Source: Pelagomonas calceolata
Taxonomy: Eukaryota
Direction of reading: 5' to 3'
NCBI GenBank assembly: GCA_918797485.1
Contig: CAKKNE010000006.1
Location: 2,914,001-2,978,000, forward strand
Length of the DNA: 64,000 nt
Shown: positions 11,055 through 21,294 of the stretch, one piece after another
How the letters are laid out: each line of letters opens with the position of its first letter
Numbering within the stretch: position 1 is the stretch's first letter
The notes under the pieces: generated by a model
The model's database searches: none
What the model was told of the DNA's origin: nothing
Seen by the model: only the letters and a program-made list of their open reading frames with translations
Translations under genes and position numbers: made by a program

Positions 11055-12266
11055 ATGAAGCGCCTCCTCGTAATAAACCCGAACACATCCAAGCTCTTCA
11101 CAAAACGCATCGCAGCGGTAGCGCGCCGAAGCACGGAACTCCAAGTCGAGACGGTAAATCCACGGAGCGGCCCTAGATCGATAGAGAGCGCCTACGACGA
11201 GCTCCTGAGCTGCGCGCCGACGCTCGAGACGTATTTGGAAGCGCGACGGCGCGGCCCCGTCGACGGCGTGGTGGTTGCCTGTTTTTCGGATCACGCCGCC
11301 GTCGAAGCGCTACGGGAGATCGCGGACGGTCCCGTCGTGGGTTTGCTGGATGCGGCGTGTGCGACCGCGTCACTGGTCGGCGACAGCTTCGGCATCGCCA
11401 CGACGTCGAAGTCCTGGGAGCCTCTGCTGCGGAAGGGCGTGGAGCGGCTCGGCTACGGCGAGCGATGCGTGGACATCCGCGCCATGGACCGGCCGGTGCT
11501 CGCTTTGGAGCACGAAAACGTGGAGCAAGCGCTCCTCGACACAACAACAGCGATCGCCAGCGACGTGGTTATTTTGGGTTGCGCGGGCTTTGGCTCGGAA
11601 GTAGCGAGACGGACGGCCGCGGCGACGGGCAGCTCGATCATAGAGCCCGTGGAGGCCGCCGTGCGCCTTTGTACCTCTTTGGCGCTCCAGGGCCTCGGGT
11701 CGGCGAAAGCGCGGCCGCTCGCGCAGGAGCTCGACGGCCTCCCGGAGATACTGGCCGAGGCGTACGCGCCCCGCGGCGATACCGTCGCCGTCGCGGCGCC
11801 GGCGGCACCGGCAGCGAACCGCGCCCTGGCCCTCTACCGCCGCGCGCTGCGCGCCGCGCGGCGATGCGTCCCGGGCCAGGCCGCAACCCAAGAGGCCTAC
11901 GCGCGGCAGAGCTTTCGCGCCAACGTAGGAGCTGACGCGCGGAGGGCTCCTGGCTTGCTCGCCGACGCCGAGGACCAAATCGCGTTCGGGGAGTCGCTGC
12001 TCCGGCGCCGAGAGGCAGAGGACTCCGCGCCGGTCGCGGCGATGGCGTCTACCGCGGCCGACCGCGTCTCCCCGGAGCCCGTCGCCTCGACGCCCGTCGC
12101 CCCGACGCCTGTCGCACCGGCGCCTCAGGAAGCACCTCGGGGAGCGCATCGGGAAGCGTCTCGGGAAGCGCCTCAGGAAGCGCCTCGGGAAGCGGACGAC
12201 CTCCTGGCCTACGGCGACTACCTCGACGGCGACGCGCTCGACCGACGACTTCGTGATAATTTGTAA
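11055..12266 (+). CDS. Asp/Glu/hydantoin (allantoin) racemase fused to a C-terminal LYR-motif domain
   Basis: LVINPNTS start; catalytic cysteines in VACFSD and ILGCAG; downstream LALYRRALRAARR...ARQSFRAN LYR pattern in the same frame. Confidence 0.8.
   Translation: MKRLLVINPNTSKLFTKRIAAVARRSTELQVETVNPRSGPRSIESAYDELLSCAPTLETYLEARRRGPVDGVVVACFSDHAAVEALREIADGPVVGLLDAACATASLVGDSFGIATTSKSWEPLLRKGVERLGYGERCVDIRAMDRPVLALEHENVEQALLDTTTAIASDVVILGCAGFGSEVARRTAAATGSSIIEPVEAAVRLCTSLALQGLGSAKARPLAQELDGLPEILAEAYAPRGDTVAVAAPAAPAANRALALYRRALRAARRCVPGQAATQEAYARQSFRANVGADARRAPGLLADAEDQIAFGESLLRRREAEDSAPVAAMASTAADRVSPEPVASTPVAPTPVAPAPQEAPRGAHREASREAPQEAPREADDLLAYGDYLDGDALDRRLRDNL
12122..12193 (+). repeat. Coding tandem repeat, 6 x 12 nt (GCCTCRGGAAGC-like)
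   Basis: Encodes the APQE/APRG/AHRE/ASRE/APQE/APRE run; preceded by 15-nt PVAxT repeats. Confidence 0.75.
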
Positions 12267-12268
12267 TG

Positions 12269-13399
12269 TCAAAACTCCACCTTAAGGTTCGGGTTCCGCC
12301 GTTGCAGATCGCTCTTGAGCCGCTGTTGGCCAACCTGGCGCTCGTACTCCTCAGCCGCGACGCGGCGCTCGTCGGCCTCCGCCTCGGGCGTCAGCACTCG
12401 CTTCGACTTGGGGAACTGGACGGCGAGCCCGACGCCATCTCCAGTTAATGCCACAAACTCGGCCTCGAATTGGGACGCCACCGCCGCCACCGCTCGACAC
12501 GCGTCCTTCTTCAGGAACGCGCGGACCGCCTCGTGCGGCTCAGTCTTCGGAGAAAACGTTGTAGTCAGCTCCAAATCGTCTGCACCACACCCGGACGCGC
12601 AGTCCCGCAGCGTCGCCTTGCCCTTGAAGAGCGCACTGCCTTCCTCATCCTCGGCGACCCATTCGAGCTCGGCACACGAAAAGTCGAAGAGGAACTTGAC
12701 CTTGCGCTGGAACACCACAACTTGCGCGTCGCCCTTGACCCGCCTCAAATCCCAGAAGCGCACGTGCAGATCCGGGCCGACCCTCGTGGTCGCCTCCTTC
12801 AGCAGCTCCGCGAAGCGTTCCACGGCCCAGGCCGTCACGTCGCGCTCCTCCCACGTGTCCTTCTTGTTCCAGTCCGACTGCCTCAGGGGCGCGCCGCCGG
12901 CACTCCGCACGTCGGTCGTCGTCACCGCGACTTTTCTAGGCCTCTCTTCCGACAGGTCCACGACGGCGTTGTCGAGCTTCTGTGGCGGTCGTGCGCTGGA
13001 CTTCGTCGACGCCTTTTTGGGAGGCGGCGGCGGCAGGGCGCTCCGCATACTCTCGAGCCGGGCTCGGTAGCCCGAGAGCCCCTCGAGCGCGACGCAGCGG
13101 TCGCAGGCCGCGAGGCCCCTGGCGCAGGCCTTCGCCGCCTTTGATGCGGCTTTAGATGAAGGCCGCTGCTGGGCCATGGCTTGTAATGCTTCAGCTCGAA
13201 AACAATGAGCCGGGACGCAGTCGCCGTCCAGGTCGATGGCCAAATCGGCGTACTGCACGACGCCGCGCTTCATGTCGAGCGCCGCGAGCGCTGCACAGAG
13301 CTCCAGCGCTACTTCCAACTTCTTGCGGTCCTTGTTGCCGCCGGAGTCGGCCTCGAGGGCTTGGAGCTTGTCCTTGAGCTGTTCGATTGTGTCGGCCAT
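12269..13399 (-). CDS. TPR-like plus Aha1 N-terminal-type (Hsp90 activator) domain protein
   Basis: WNKKDTWEERDVTAWA and VKGDAQVVVFQRKVKFLFDF resemble Aha1_N; N-terminal TPR-like helices; first ATG at 13399. Confidence 0.7.
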   Translation of the reverse strand: MADTIEQLKDKLQALEADSGGNKDRKKLEVALELCAALAALDMKRGVVQYADLAIDLDGDCVPAHCFRAEALQAMAQQRPSSKAASKAAKACARGLAACDRCVALEGLSGYRARLESMRSALPPPPPKKASTKSSARPPQKLDNAVVDLSEERPRKVAVTTTDVRSAGGAPLRQSDWNKKDTWEERDVTAWAVERFAELLKEATTRVGPDLHVRFWDLRRVKGDAQVVVFQRKVKFLFDFSCAELEWVAEDEEGSALFKGKATLRDCASGCGADDLELTTTFSPKTEPHEAVRAFLKKDACRAVAAVASQFEAEFVALTGDGVGLAVQFPKSKRVLTPEAEADERRVAAEEYERQVGQQRLKSDLQRRNPNLKVEF

Positions 13400-13621
13400 G
13401 GTTTTGCAGCACGCGTCGAAGGCGTGCGCGTGCGATGGAAATGCGCAGTCCTGCTCGTCCACGAGCTTCGAGGCCCGCTACAGATCGAGCTAGGCAGCTT
13501 GTTTTCGATGCGAGCTCGCGCAGCTAACGGCACATACATACTAGCATTTTCACACAAGCACAAAACGAGGCTCTGAGCGCCAGGGGCAGCCGAGGGCAGC
13601 CGCAAGTATGCGCTGACACCC

Positions 13622-14680
13622 ATGACCATGCACCCGGCAGCGGTGCGCAGCATTTCGAGCACAGCGCTGCTCGTCCTGCTGAGTCTGAGTGGCTGGAAGC
13701 GGAGCAAGCAGCCCCCGCCGAGCGCACGGAACGCGACGCTCACTCCGGAGGAACGCTACGTGCCGCTGCGACGAGAACCGAAATTGTTCGAATCGTTGCT
13801 GCGCGACGAATGGCTCACGTCGGAGGCGCGCGCCGTCGCTGCAGCCGCGTGGGAGGGCTACCTCCATGACGCGGTGGTACGAGAGTCTTCTGGGGTCTAT
13901 TCCTTCGAGTTGTTCTCAAAAGCTTTCTGCGAGACGTTTTTACGGGAGGTAGATAACTATGACGCGTCGGGTTTACCAGTGAGACGGCCAAATTCCATGA
14001 ACAACTATGGGTTAATAGTAAATGAGATCGGGATGAGGGATGCCATCACACAGTTACAGCAGGAGATCCTGTGGCCCGTGGCGCGTTTGCTCTTCCCGCT
14101 CCAGTCGACACGCTTCGACGCGCATCACTCTTTTATAGTACGGTACAAGGAAGACGAAGATCCTGGTTTGGATATGCACACCGACGACAGCGACGTCACA
14201 TTTAATGTGTGTCTCAATAGCAACTTCACCGGGGCTGGACTAACGTTCTGCGGCGACGCCGGTACCTCGCGACATAGAAAGCTCGCCTTCCGCTACCGCC
14301 ACGAGATGGGCCGCGTCGTCGTGCACCTCGGTACGAAGCGCCACGGCGCCGACGACATCGAGAGCGGCGAGCGGCGCAACTTGATCATCTGGAACCACAA
14401 CCACCGCTGGCGCGCGTCGCGGACCTATCGACGACTCCGCGAGAGATACGCCACCGAGGCGGGCGAGCCGGATACGGAGTGCGTCTCCTACACGCACGAT
14501 CGCGACTACGGCGCGTTCAAACCGCATACGGATAGAACGCGCGAACACGCGAACAGGCCGTGGTGTCCGCCCGAACAGGCGTGCTACGACACGATGGGCG
14601 AACGCCTCTTGGAGGACGAGTACTCCTATTACGGCGGACGCCCGAGGAGGCGTTCCCAAGGCATGTGCCCGGCCACGTAA
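13622..14680 (+). CDS. 2-oxoglutarate/Fe(II) dioxygenase (OGFOD2/PLOD-like)
   Basis: RPNSMNNYG, FIVRY, HTDDSDVTFNVCL (HxD) and HGA...GERRNLIIW motifs. Confidence 0.88.
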   Translation: MTMHPAAVRSISSTALLVLLSLSGWKRSKQPPPSARNATLTPEERYVPLRREPKLFESLLRDEWLTSEARAVAAAAWEGYLHDAVVRESSGVYSFELFSKAFCETFLREVDNYDASGLPVRRPNSMNNYGLIVNEIGMRDAITQLQQEILWPVARLLFPLQSTRFDAHHSFIVRYKEDEDPGLDMHTDDSDVTFNVCLNSNFTGAGLTFCGDAGTSRHRKLAFRYRHEMGRVVVHLGTKRHGADDIESGERRNLIIWNHNHRWRASRTYRRLRERYATEAGEPDTECVSYTHDRDYGAFKPHTDRTREHANRPWCPPEQACYDTMGERLLEDEYSYYGGRPRRRSQGMCPAT

Positions 14681-14699
14681 TGTATGTGATAACAATGTA

Positions 14700-16097
14700 C
14701 TAGGACTTAGCCGCCTGCTGCTGCTGGGCCTTCTTCTGCCGCGCTCTGGCTTGCGACCGCTGCGTGTCGTCGCGCGACGCCCTCACGAGGTCGCAGTCCC
14801 AGGGTAAAGAACGGTCACCAGCAGCTAAAGGCGGCGCCCCCTCCCAGAAGAAGTCGTCGTCGAGCGCGTCCTTGGCCGTGACGCGTTTTTTCGGCGAGAG
14901 AGCCAGTAACCGGTCAAGTAGTTTCGCGCCGGCCTCGGACCTCTCCGCAAACGCCTCCAGGACGCGGCGCCGGCGCGGCACCGACGCGGCCACCGGATAC
15001 GGCTCGGTCGTGACCTTGTCCTCCACGCCTCGCACCCCACACGCCTCGCGCCAATGTTTACACACTTTTCGGGCCTCGGGCCAGTCTACTTCCCGAGGCG
15101 TGCCGCACAACGCGTACAACTTCTGCAGGTAATCCCCTTCGTCTCGGCCCGTGATCACGATCTCCCGCTTCAACAACTCCGCAAAGATAGCGCCCACAGA
15201 CCACACGTCGATCGGCGGCCCGTAGTGCCGACAACCTAGCAATAACTCCGGAGGGCGGTAGTTCAGAGTGACCACAGGCAAAGTATAGGCGTGGCCGGGC
15301 TTGTACGACCTTGCTAATCCAAAGTCGCAGATCTTGACGTCGCCCTTCCGCGTGATGAGGCAGTTCGACGGCTTCAAATCTCTATGCATGACCTGGTTCG
15401 CGTGCATGTAGTGCACGCCCTCCAAGATCTGCTGGACGATGGACTTTTGTCTTGGTTCGTCTATCGTTCTCACCACTGGCGACTGGATGACGATCTCCAG
15501 GTCGAGCTCCGCGTACTCGAAGACCATAAAAACAGGGCTTTTATATGAACTTGATGGCGAGTACACTTCATGAAGCCGTATGAGATTCGCATGTCTGAGT
15601 TGGAGCAGGATCTTGTGCTCTCTAAGAGTAGTAATCGGAAAGCCCCAGTCGTCGTCGCGCTGGATGAATTTTTTTAGGGCCACGGTCGTGCCCTGGGTAC
15701 GTCGCCGCGCGTCGTCGGGCCGCGCGCGGTAGACTTCTCCATAAGTACCTTTCCCGACACACACGAGGTCGGTCCAGGGTAATTCCGGCCGGTCGCGCCG
15801 GTCGGCCGAAGGGGGCGTGCGCTGGCGCTTTTTTGAGGATAGGATTTCGGCGGGCGACTTCTGCGCGGTGCCTGGGCTGCGCCCGCGCAGGCCGGCGCCG
15901 GCGAGGGCCGGTGACTTGCCCGGGCGCAGGCCGGCGAGTGCGGGGCTCGTTTTTGTTATAGGTGGCGACCGGCCCGGCGCGGCGCCCGCGGCGGGCGACC
16001 GTCTGGCGGGCGCGACGGCCGTCGCTTGGGCGGCGGCACCCGGCGGCGCGTCGGTGCGCGAGCGCTTGGCTGCGGGCGATGCGGATGGAGATGACAT
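14700..16097 (-). CDS. Cyclin-dependent kinase, CDK9/CDKC-like
   Basis: GKGTYG, GFPITTLRE (PITALRE-like), HRDLKPSN, DFGLAR and VVTLNYRPPELLLG; N-terminal K/R-S-P repeats; first ATG at 16097. Confidence 0.9.
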   Translation of the reverse strand: MSSPSASPAAKRSRTDAPPGAAAQATAVAPARRSPAAGAAPGRSPPITKTSPALAGLRPGKSPALAGAGLRGRSPGTAQKSPAEILSSKKRQRTPPSADRRDRPELPWTDLVCVGKGTYGEVYRARPDDARRRTQGTTVALKKFIQRDDDWGFPITTLREHKILLQLRHANLIRLHEVYSPSSSYKSPVFMVFEYAELDLEIVIQSPVVRTIDEPRQKSIVQQILEGVHYMHANQVMHRDLKPSNCLITRKGDVKICDFGLARSYKPGHAYTLPVVTLNYRPPELLLGCRHYGPPIDVWSVGAIFAELLKREIVITGRDEGDYLQKLYALCGTPREVDWPEARKVCKHWREACGVRGVEDKVTTEPYPVAASVPRRRRVLEAFAERSEAGAKLLDRLLALSPKKRVTAKDALDDDFFWEGAPPLAAGDRSLPWDCDLVRASRDDTQRSQARARQKKAQQQQAAKS

Positions 16098-16197
16098 GGC
16101 GCTGCGCGGTTCCAAAAGCACGTCTCTCTCGCGTTCCACCCTTACGTCTCCACCGCTGCGTCGCCCAAAGCCGCCGCAAGCAAAGGAGAGTGCCTCG

Positions 16198-16218
16198 CTA
16201 GTGTCTTACGGCCGCTAG
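16198..16218 (+). promoter_or_regulatory. CTAG-bounded motif in a divergent promoter
   Basis: CTAGTGTCTTACGGCCGCTAG between the CDK (-) and hydrolase (+) starts. Confidence 0.65.
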
Positions 16219-16399
16219 CACCAGTTTTTGCGTGGTGGCCAAGTACGGTGCTTAACGAAGCCGAGGCATTGCAAGGATCAATGTCAACACCAGCATTCCT
16301 CGCGGCAGCAGTGGTTCTGGGCCTGGCCGGCGCCTTTGCCCTCATCAAGCACCGCAGCAAGAAGACGATCCCAAGGCTGCCGGACGCGAAGCTCGATTA

Positions 16400-17272
16400 A
16401 TGCTCCGCTGGCTCGTCGTCGCCATGGCCGCAAATGCCCAGCAGTGCGACGAGCTCCCGTACGAGGTCGCCACCTACGCGTTCACGATCCCCGCCCGCGA
16501 CGGCCACGCCATCGACGCGCGGGTCTACGCGCCGGCGACGAACTGGACAGTCCTGCAGCAAGCCCCGGGGCCGCATGACGCGCACGACGCGTTCGCCGGC
16601 GTCGTCTACGCCCACGGCGGCTGCTTCTCGGAAGGCACTTGTGAGTCCTTCGAGGAGCTGGGCCGCGGCTTCGCACGGCGGGGCCTGATGGTGCTGGACA
16701 CATCGTTTCGGCAAGGCGCCGGGAACCCGCACCCGGGGGCTTTACGTGATCTGGGCGACGTCGCGGCGTGGGCTCACGAGGCGTTTCCAGACCTCGCCTG
16801 GGGCGTCGCGGGCTCGTCCTCCGGTGGTTACATGGCCCTGGCCCTGGCCGCGGACCCGTTTCACTGGGGCTGCGCGATGGATTTTTCATTTACGCTGGCC
16901 CTGTGTCCGGTCGCGGACCCCCTGGCGCGCGCGAATTATCTCCGTGCTGTGATTAATGGTACCTCGGAGATCGAGCCGCGGCACGAACCCGAGCGCGCAC
17001 GACAGATCCTCGCGAGCCAGCTCTCGTATTTCCCGGGCGGCGACGACCAAATGTGGGAGGCTGCGGGTCTCGTCAACGAATTTGCCATGGGTATGGTGTT
17101 CATCGTCGCCGGGGCGCAGGACAAGAACGTCCCCCTGCACGTGCTCTCGAAGGTGATTCCCCGGGCGAACCGCACGCTCGTCCTCGGCCGGGCCGGCCAC
17201 GAGGTCCAGGCCGTGCTCAAAGATCAGGACTACGACGAGATTATCCCGTGGCTCCGCGAGGCTGTAAAATAA
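16400..17272 (+). CDS. Alpha/beta hydrolase (HSL/esterase-like) with signal peptide
   Basis: YAHGGCF oxyanion motif; GSSSGG nucleophile elbow; GAQDKNVP Asp; AGH His. Confidence 0.85.
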   Translation: MLRWLVVAMAANAQQCDELPYEVATYAFTIPARDGHAIDARVYAPATNWTVLQQAPGPHDAHDAFAGVVYAHGGCFSEGTCESFEELGRGFARRGLMVLDTSFRQGAGNPHPGALRDLGDVAAWAHEAFPDLAWGVAGSSSGGYMALALAADPFHWGCAMDFSFTLALCPVADPLARANYLRAVINGTSEIEPRHEPERARQILASQLSYFPGGDDQMWEAAGLVNEFAMGMVFIVAGAQDKNVPLHVLSKVIPRANRTLVLGRAGHEVQAVLKDQDYDEIIPWLREAVK

Positions 17273-17285
17273 CATATCACAATAC

Positions 17286-18014
17286 TTAGGGCCTCCAGTT
17301 CGTAAACAGCGAGATCCGCCCCTCCATGACGCCCGTCGCGTAGCCGAGGACGTCGCCCGTATCCCTCAAATCAAACGAAGCGAAGGCGTCGACGAGCTCG
17401 GCACCGCGCTGCAGGTTGTAGCCGACGAAGAGCGGTACCTGGCGATCGCCGCAGAGTTCGGCGACCGCTTCTGCGAGCTCCGCGGGCGTGACGTTCGCGA
17501 AGGGCGGGTCGAGAAAGAGCGCGTCGAAATCATATGAAACGCTTTTTGGGGAGCGCAGGTCGAAGGGCTCGTAGTGCCTCAACGTGGCGAAGCGCTCGTC
17601 GCGGTCGAGGAGCAGGTAGTCGTCTCCACTACTGTCGAGCTTCGCCGCGATCGACGGCACGCAGACTAGCAACGGCTTCTCGAAGCGCCTTACCAGTCTC
17701 ATCATCTTGGCGCTCGTCGGCGCGTCGTAGAAAAATTGCTCAAATCTATGATCCTCGGGGATCGGCACGCCGTTCGCCACGACTGCCGCGGGCGCGATGT
17801 CCGTCGCGCGGCCCTTGCGTCTCTTCTTATCTTGGGCTTCGCGCGCCTTCTTCTCCGCCCACGCGGCCTCGCGGTCGACTTTTTTTGCCCTCTTCGCTCG
17901 CATTGTTGTGTGGTGATGCCTTTGGTGCAGCGGCTGCCAGGCGCTGCAGGCATGCCCAGCAAGGAGTGTGATCAGTGCGACCGCGGTACACGGCCTGCAC
18001 TGATGACTAGGCAT
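17286..18014 (-). CDS. EEF1AKMT1/N6AMT2-like class I methyltransferase with signal-like N-terminus
   Basis: FEQFFYD, VCVPSI, LLDRDERF and FLDPPF motifs; ATG at 18014 chosen over the upstream non-ATG ORF start. Confidence 0.75.
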   Translation of the reverse strand: MPSHQCRPCTAVALITLLAGHACSAWQPLHQRHHHTTMRAKRAKKVDREAAWAEKKAREAQDKKRRKGRATDIAPAAVVANGVPIPEDHRFEQFFYDAPTSAKMMRLVRRFEKPLLVCVPSIAAKLDSSGDDYLLLDRDERFATLRHYEPFDLRSPKSVSYDFDALFLDPPFANVTPAELAEAVAELCGDRQVPLFVGYNLQRGAELVDAFASFDLRDTGDVLGYATGVMEGRISLFTNWRP

Positions 18015-18231
18015 CGTGCAATGGACAGGAAGCTGCAAATGCGTCGCCGCTACGTGCTTGCAGTCCAGTGCGGCTGTCCAATGCAATTGCTGCCCACTTG
18101 TTGTTTTGCACTCGCAAGAGCTGCAGCGCTGGCCGGCGGCCGTGCGCTGGTTGCGACCGTTCACGACAGCTCGCAGAGCGTCTACAAAGTACCGTAGCAG
18201 CCGTCGCGCGAGAGGCAAAAAGCACAAGCAG

Positions 18232-18253
18232 CTAGCGGCATAAGACATACTAG
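18232..18253 (-). promoter_or_regulatory. CTAG-bounded motif in a divergent promoter
   Basis: Reverse complement CTAGTATGTCTTATGCCGCTAG. Confidence 0.55.
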
Positions 18254-18538
18254 AGAGCGGGAAGCGGGGTTTTCTTCCAGGCGCCAGAGCTCTTGTACGA
18301 GTAGAGTCAGAACACGAGGCCATGCGGGCGAGAATCGAGCAGGCCGAGAGGTACGGGGCAGCCCAACCGTTCACCTGGGGCTGCTCATAAACAGCACGCG
18401 GTCCGCCGTCTCGTGGAGTCGCGCAAGCCGTGCGACCTACCAGGCTCGTGCAGGACCTGACGGCACCGCCGCAGCAGTAGCGTCGAGTCTCGCGCGCCGT
18501 GAGACCTGCCGTACCGGCAGTACATCACAGGGACAAAG

Positions 18539-20491
18539 ATGCCTCTCGAACCGCTGCGCTCCAAGGTCGTCGGCGCCGGCGCACCTAATAAAGATGCGAC
18601 CTGGCTGCCCGCGCCATCATCAACAGCAGGAGACCTCCTCTCCACGAAGAACTTCTACTTCGCCGATAGGAGCACGCAATTAGATCTGGAGGCGATCCGC
18701 GACATCGATCTGGAGCGCATCGAGAAGGATGTTGATATAGAAGCCCTGCAGAGGCACCTCGAGCCGCTCGTGTTCGGGAGATTGCCGGAAGTGTTAGATG
18801 CCGGCGAGGGGCACGCGGCCTTCCGGAAGCTGTTCCGCCTGTCTCAGTTAACTTTAGAATATCTGCTGAACGTGCAAGACGTATTAGCTGAAGGGCTCGA
18901 TAAAGCTTCCCAAGCATGCTCGGAGTCGTCTAGGAATGCGGAGAGATATCGCAAGCGCGCCAAAAAATTAGACGCTCGGGTGAAGATGCTGGAAAGAGAT
19001 TTGGCCTCAAAAAGGGACGCGGCGCACGCCTACCAGGGCCTCGTCATGTCGGCTTCCTCAAGACCTCCCGCACCGGTCGTCCAGCCCATGTCCGTGGCCA
19101 CGGAACCGTCCGTGAACTTTCCCCTTGGGGATGCTACTGTCTATGTGACGCTGCCCGACGGCACGGCGACGCAGCACGCCATTCAAGAAGGTACTACTGC
19201 GGCGGATTTGAGAAACAGGGCGGGGTATACGGGCCGGACCTACTTTCGCGGTAGAAGGTTGGCTGCGGACGTCACCCTAGGCGACGCGGGCGTGCGCGAC
19301 GGTGATTGTATCATGGTCGTCCAGGACGGCCTGGATCAGGGGCAACAGGAACCGTTAGATGATCGCATCGCGGATCTGGAGCGATCCATCCGCGGGGAGC
19401 TCGCCATGCAGGTGCAGACGCAACTCGCGGCTCTACGCGGGTCATTACCTTCTCAGTCACAACCCGCACAGCCTCAGGGCTGCCTCGCCGGCGACTTGGA
19501 GGACGACGACGAGGCCGTTGACGACGAGACGGGGATGCAAACCGTCCTCACGTCGCCGTTCGACGCGTCGCAGAGTGGCTTCTTCGGCGGCCCGTCGCCG
19601 CACGCCGGCGATTTGAGAGCGATGGAGACGCGGCTGAGCGCCCAGATGGACGCGCTCGAGGCCAAGATGTCGGAGCTCATGGGCGACGCCGTGCACCGCG
19701 TCACCTTACCTAGAGCGACGACGCCGGTAGCACCCGCGGTGAAACAGAGCGCGCGGAAGACGACGCCGCGGCCCGTGCCGGCCACGCCGAAAGCCACGAC
19801 GCCCTACGCGGGCGCCGTCGAGGACGACGTCGAGGACGAGGAACCGCCCCGCGACGCGAGCTTCGAGTTCTCGTGCGTGTTCGGGGAAGGCGCGTGGCCC
19901 GTAAAACCGAAGGGCAAGCTCTCGCTCGTCGTGGCGCCGGAGGAGACGATTGCGACGGTGCGATGCGCCGTGGCCGCGAAGCTGGACCTCGAGGTCGATC
20001 GCATCCGGTTACGGGATAACACAACGGGTGAGGATATTGGAACCGCGGCGGACTTGGAGGAGGCGGACGTCGTCTGCCAGATCGTGCGCGGCGATCTTAT
20101 TAGTGATGGGCAGGTCGAGGATTTGGCACGCCTCAAGTCCATCCTGGGCGATAATGCAATCGACGAGTCGACGGCGGCGCAGCGCGAAGCACTAGATGCG
20201 TCCGTCGAAGCGCGACGGGCCGTCTGGCGGGCCGTGCCGCCGGCGCACGGCGCGGCGGCCGCGACGCGCGAGGACGTCGTCCACCTCGAGGTGCGGCTGA
20301 ACGCGCTCCAGAAGCTCGTGGCTTCCATCGACTCGACGACGACCTGGGACGCGGAGATGGTCGCCAAGGTCGACGAGGCCTTGTCGGCGTTCGGCGGCGG
20401 GCTCGATCCGGCCGTCAACGCGGCCGTCGCTCGTATAAGGGCCCGCGTCGACGAGCGGGCCGCGCTCGTCGCGGAGCGCGTGGCGGAGTAA
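18539..20491 (+). CDS. DZIP1/Iguana-like N-terminal domain protein with ubiquitin-like domains (ciliary)
   Basis: FYFADR...IDLERIEKDVDIEALQRHL...FRKLFRLSQLTLEYLL matches Dzip-like_N; RTYFRGRRLAADVTLGDAGVRDGD is ubiquitin-like. Confidence 0.75.
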   Translation: MPLEPLRSKVVGAGAPNKDATWLPAPSSTAGDLLSTKNFYFADRSTQLDLEAIRDIDLERIEKDVDIEALQRHLEPLVFGRLPEVLDAGEGHAAFRKLFRLSQLTLEYLLNVQDVLAEGLDKASQACSESSRNAERYRKRAKKLDARVKMLERDLASKRDAAHAYQGLVMSASSRPPAPVVQPMSVATEPSVNFPLGDATVYVTLPDGTATQHAIQEGTTAADLRNRAGYTGRTYFRGRRLAADVTLGDAGVRDGDCIMVVQDGLDQGQQEPLDDRIADLERSIRGELAMQVQTQLAALRGSLPSQSQPAQPQGCLAGDLEDDDEAVDDETGMQTVLTSPFDASQSGFFGGPSPHAGDLRAMETRLSAQMDALEAKMSELMGDAVHRVTLPRATTPVAPAVKQSARKTTPRPVPATPKATTPYAGAVEDDVEDEEPPRDASFEFSCVFGEGAWPVKPKGKLSLVVAPEETIATVRCAVAAKLDLEVDRIRLRDNTTGEDIGTAADLEEADVVCQIVRGDLISDGQVEDLARLKSILGDNAIDESTAAQREALDASVEARRAVWRAVPPAHGAAAATREDVVHLEVRLNALQKLVASIDSTTTWDAEMVAKVDEALSAFGGGLDPAVNAAVARIRARVDERAALVAERVAE

Positions 20492-20614
20492 GGGTTCTGC
20501 TCTAAGCAAGACTAGTGCTGCAGCTGCGGCGGCGCTAGTGGCCTCGCGCTAGACGATCCTGGCTGTTTTTGCTCAGTGCTCGCTGCGGGCAGCCCCCACG
20601 CGGACTCTATCACC

Positions 20615-21181
20615 ATGGCCCAGGGAGAAAAAAACTCAGGGGGTGGCATGTGCTGCTCGGCCGGCGACAACGGCTTCTGCCAGAACACGACCCAAGCCAC
20701 CGACTGGGCCCGCAAAGCAACAGTGCATAAAGCAAGGTCGCGGCGCTTCTCGCCCGCGGCTGAATCATGACCGCCACGCCATCGACGCGACGCCAGCTCC
20801 TCACTGGTTGATTTGCGCGCAGGCAAGAATCGGTGCGCGCACGTGGGCATCATCGTCGGCATGTGGGTGTCGGGCTTCCTCATCGCCATGTTCATGCCCG
20901 ATCTATTTTACCACGTGCGCGGCCTCTTAGGCATCATCGGTGCCGTCGCCTGCGCTTGTTTTGGGGGAGGCGGCGCGTGCATGGCGGTCCTCTGCATGAA
21001 CGACAAGATCCGCGAGGCCGAGCAGAACGGCGGAAGTTGGTTCAACGCCGGCGGCGGGCCCCTCGCGCCCGACGGCTGGATCGGCCGCCATTTCGTGGAG
21101 CCCGAGATTGATGACGGCGACCCGCCCGTCGTCGAGGCGCCCGCCGGCGCCGACGACGTCGAGGCGCCGTCGGAGCCGTGA
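20615..21181 (+). CDS. Small two-TM membrane protein; exons 20615-20711 and 20823-21181 (151 aa)
   Basis: Two separate ORFs join in frame (DWAR|KNRCAHV) across a GC-AG introner-like intron; two hydrophobic segments. Confidence 0.65.
20712..20822 (+). mobile_element. Partly decayed introner intron (111 nt, GC-AG), reversed orientation relative to most copies
   Basis: 3' end CTGGTTGATTTGCGCGCAG resembles the TIR; internal GCTGAATCATGACC...ACGCCATCGACGCGACGCCA is shared with the 59859 copy; degraded TSD GCAAAGCA vs GCAAGAAT. Confidence 0.75.
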
Positions 21182-21294
21182 CGACGTCTCGTGACGACGC
21201 ACGTGTTTTTCTGCGCGCCGCCCTCCAAGTCCCCCTCCTTATTTCCTCTGGCCTCGACGCGACTAGGCCAGCGACTAATTAGATGACCGCTCGA

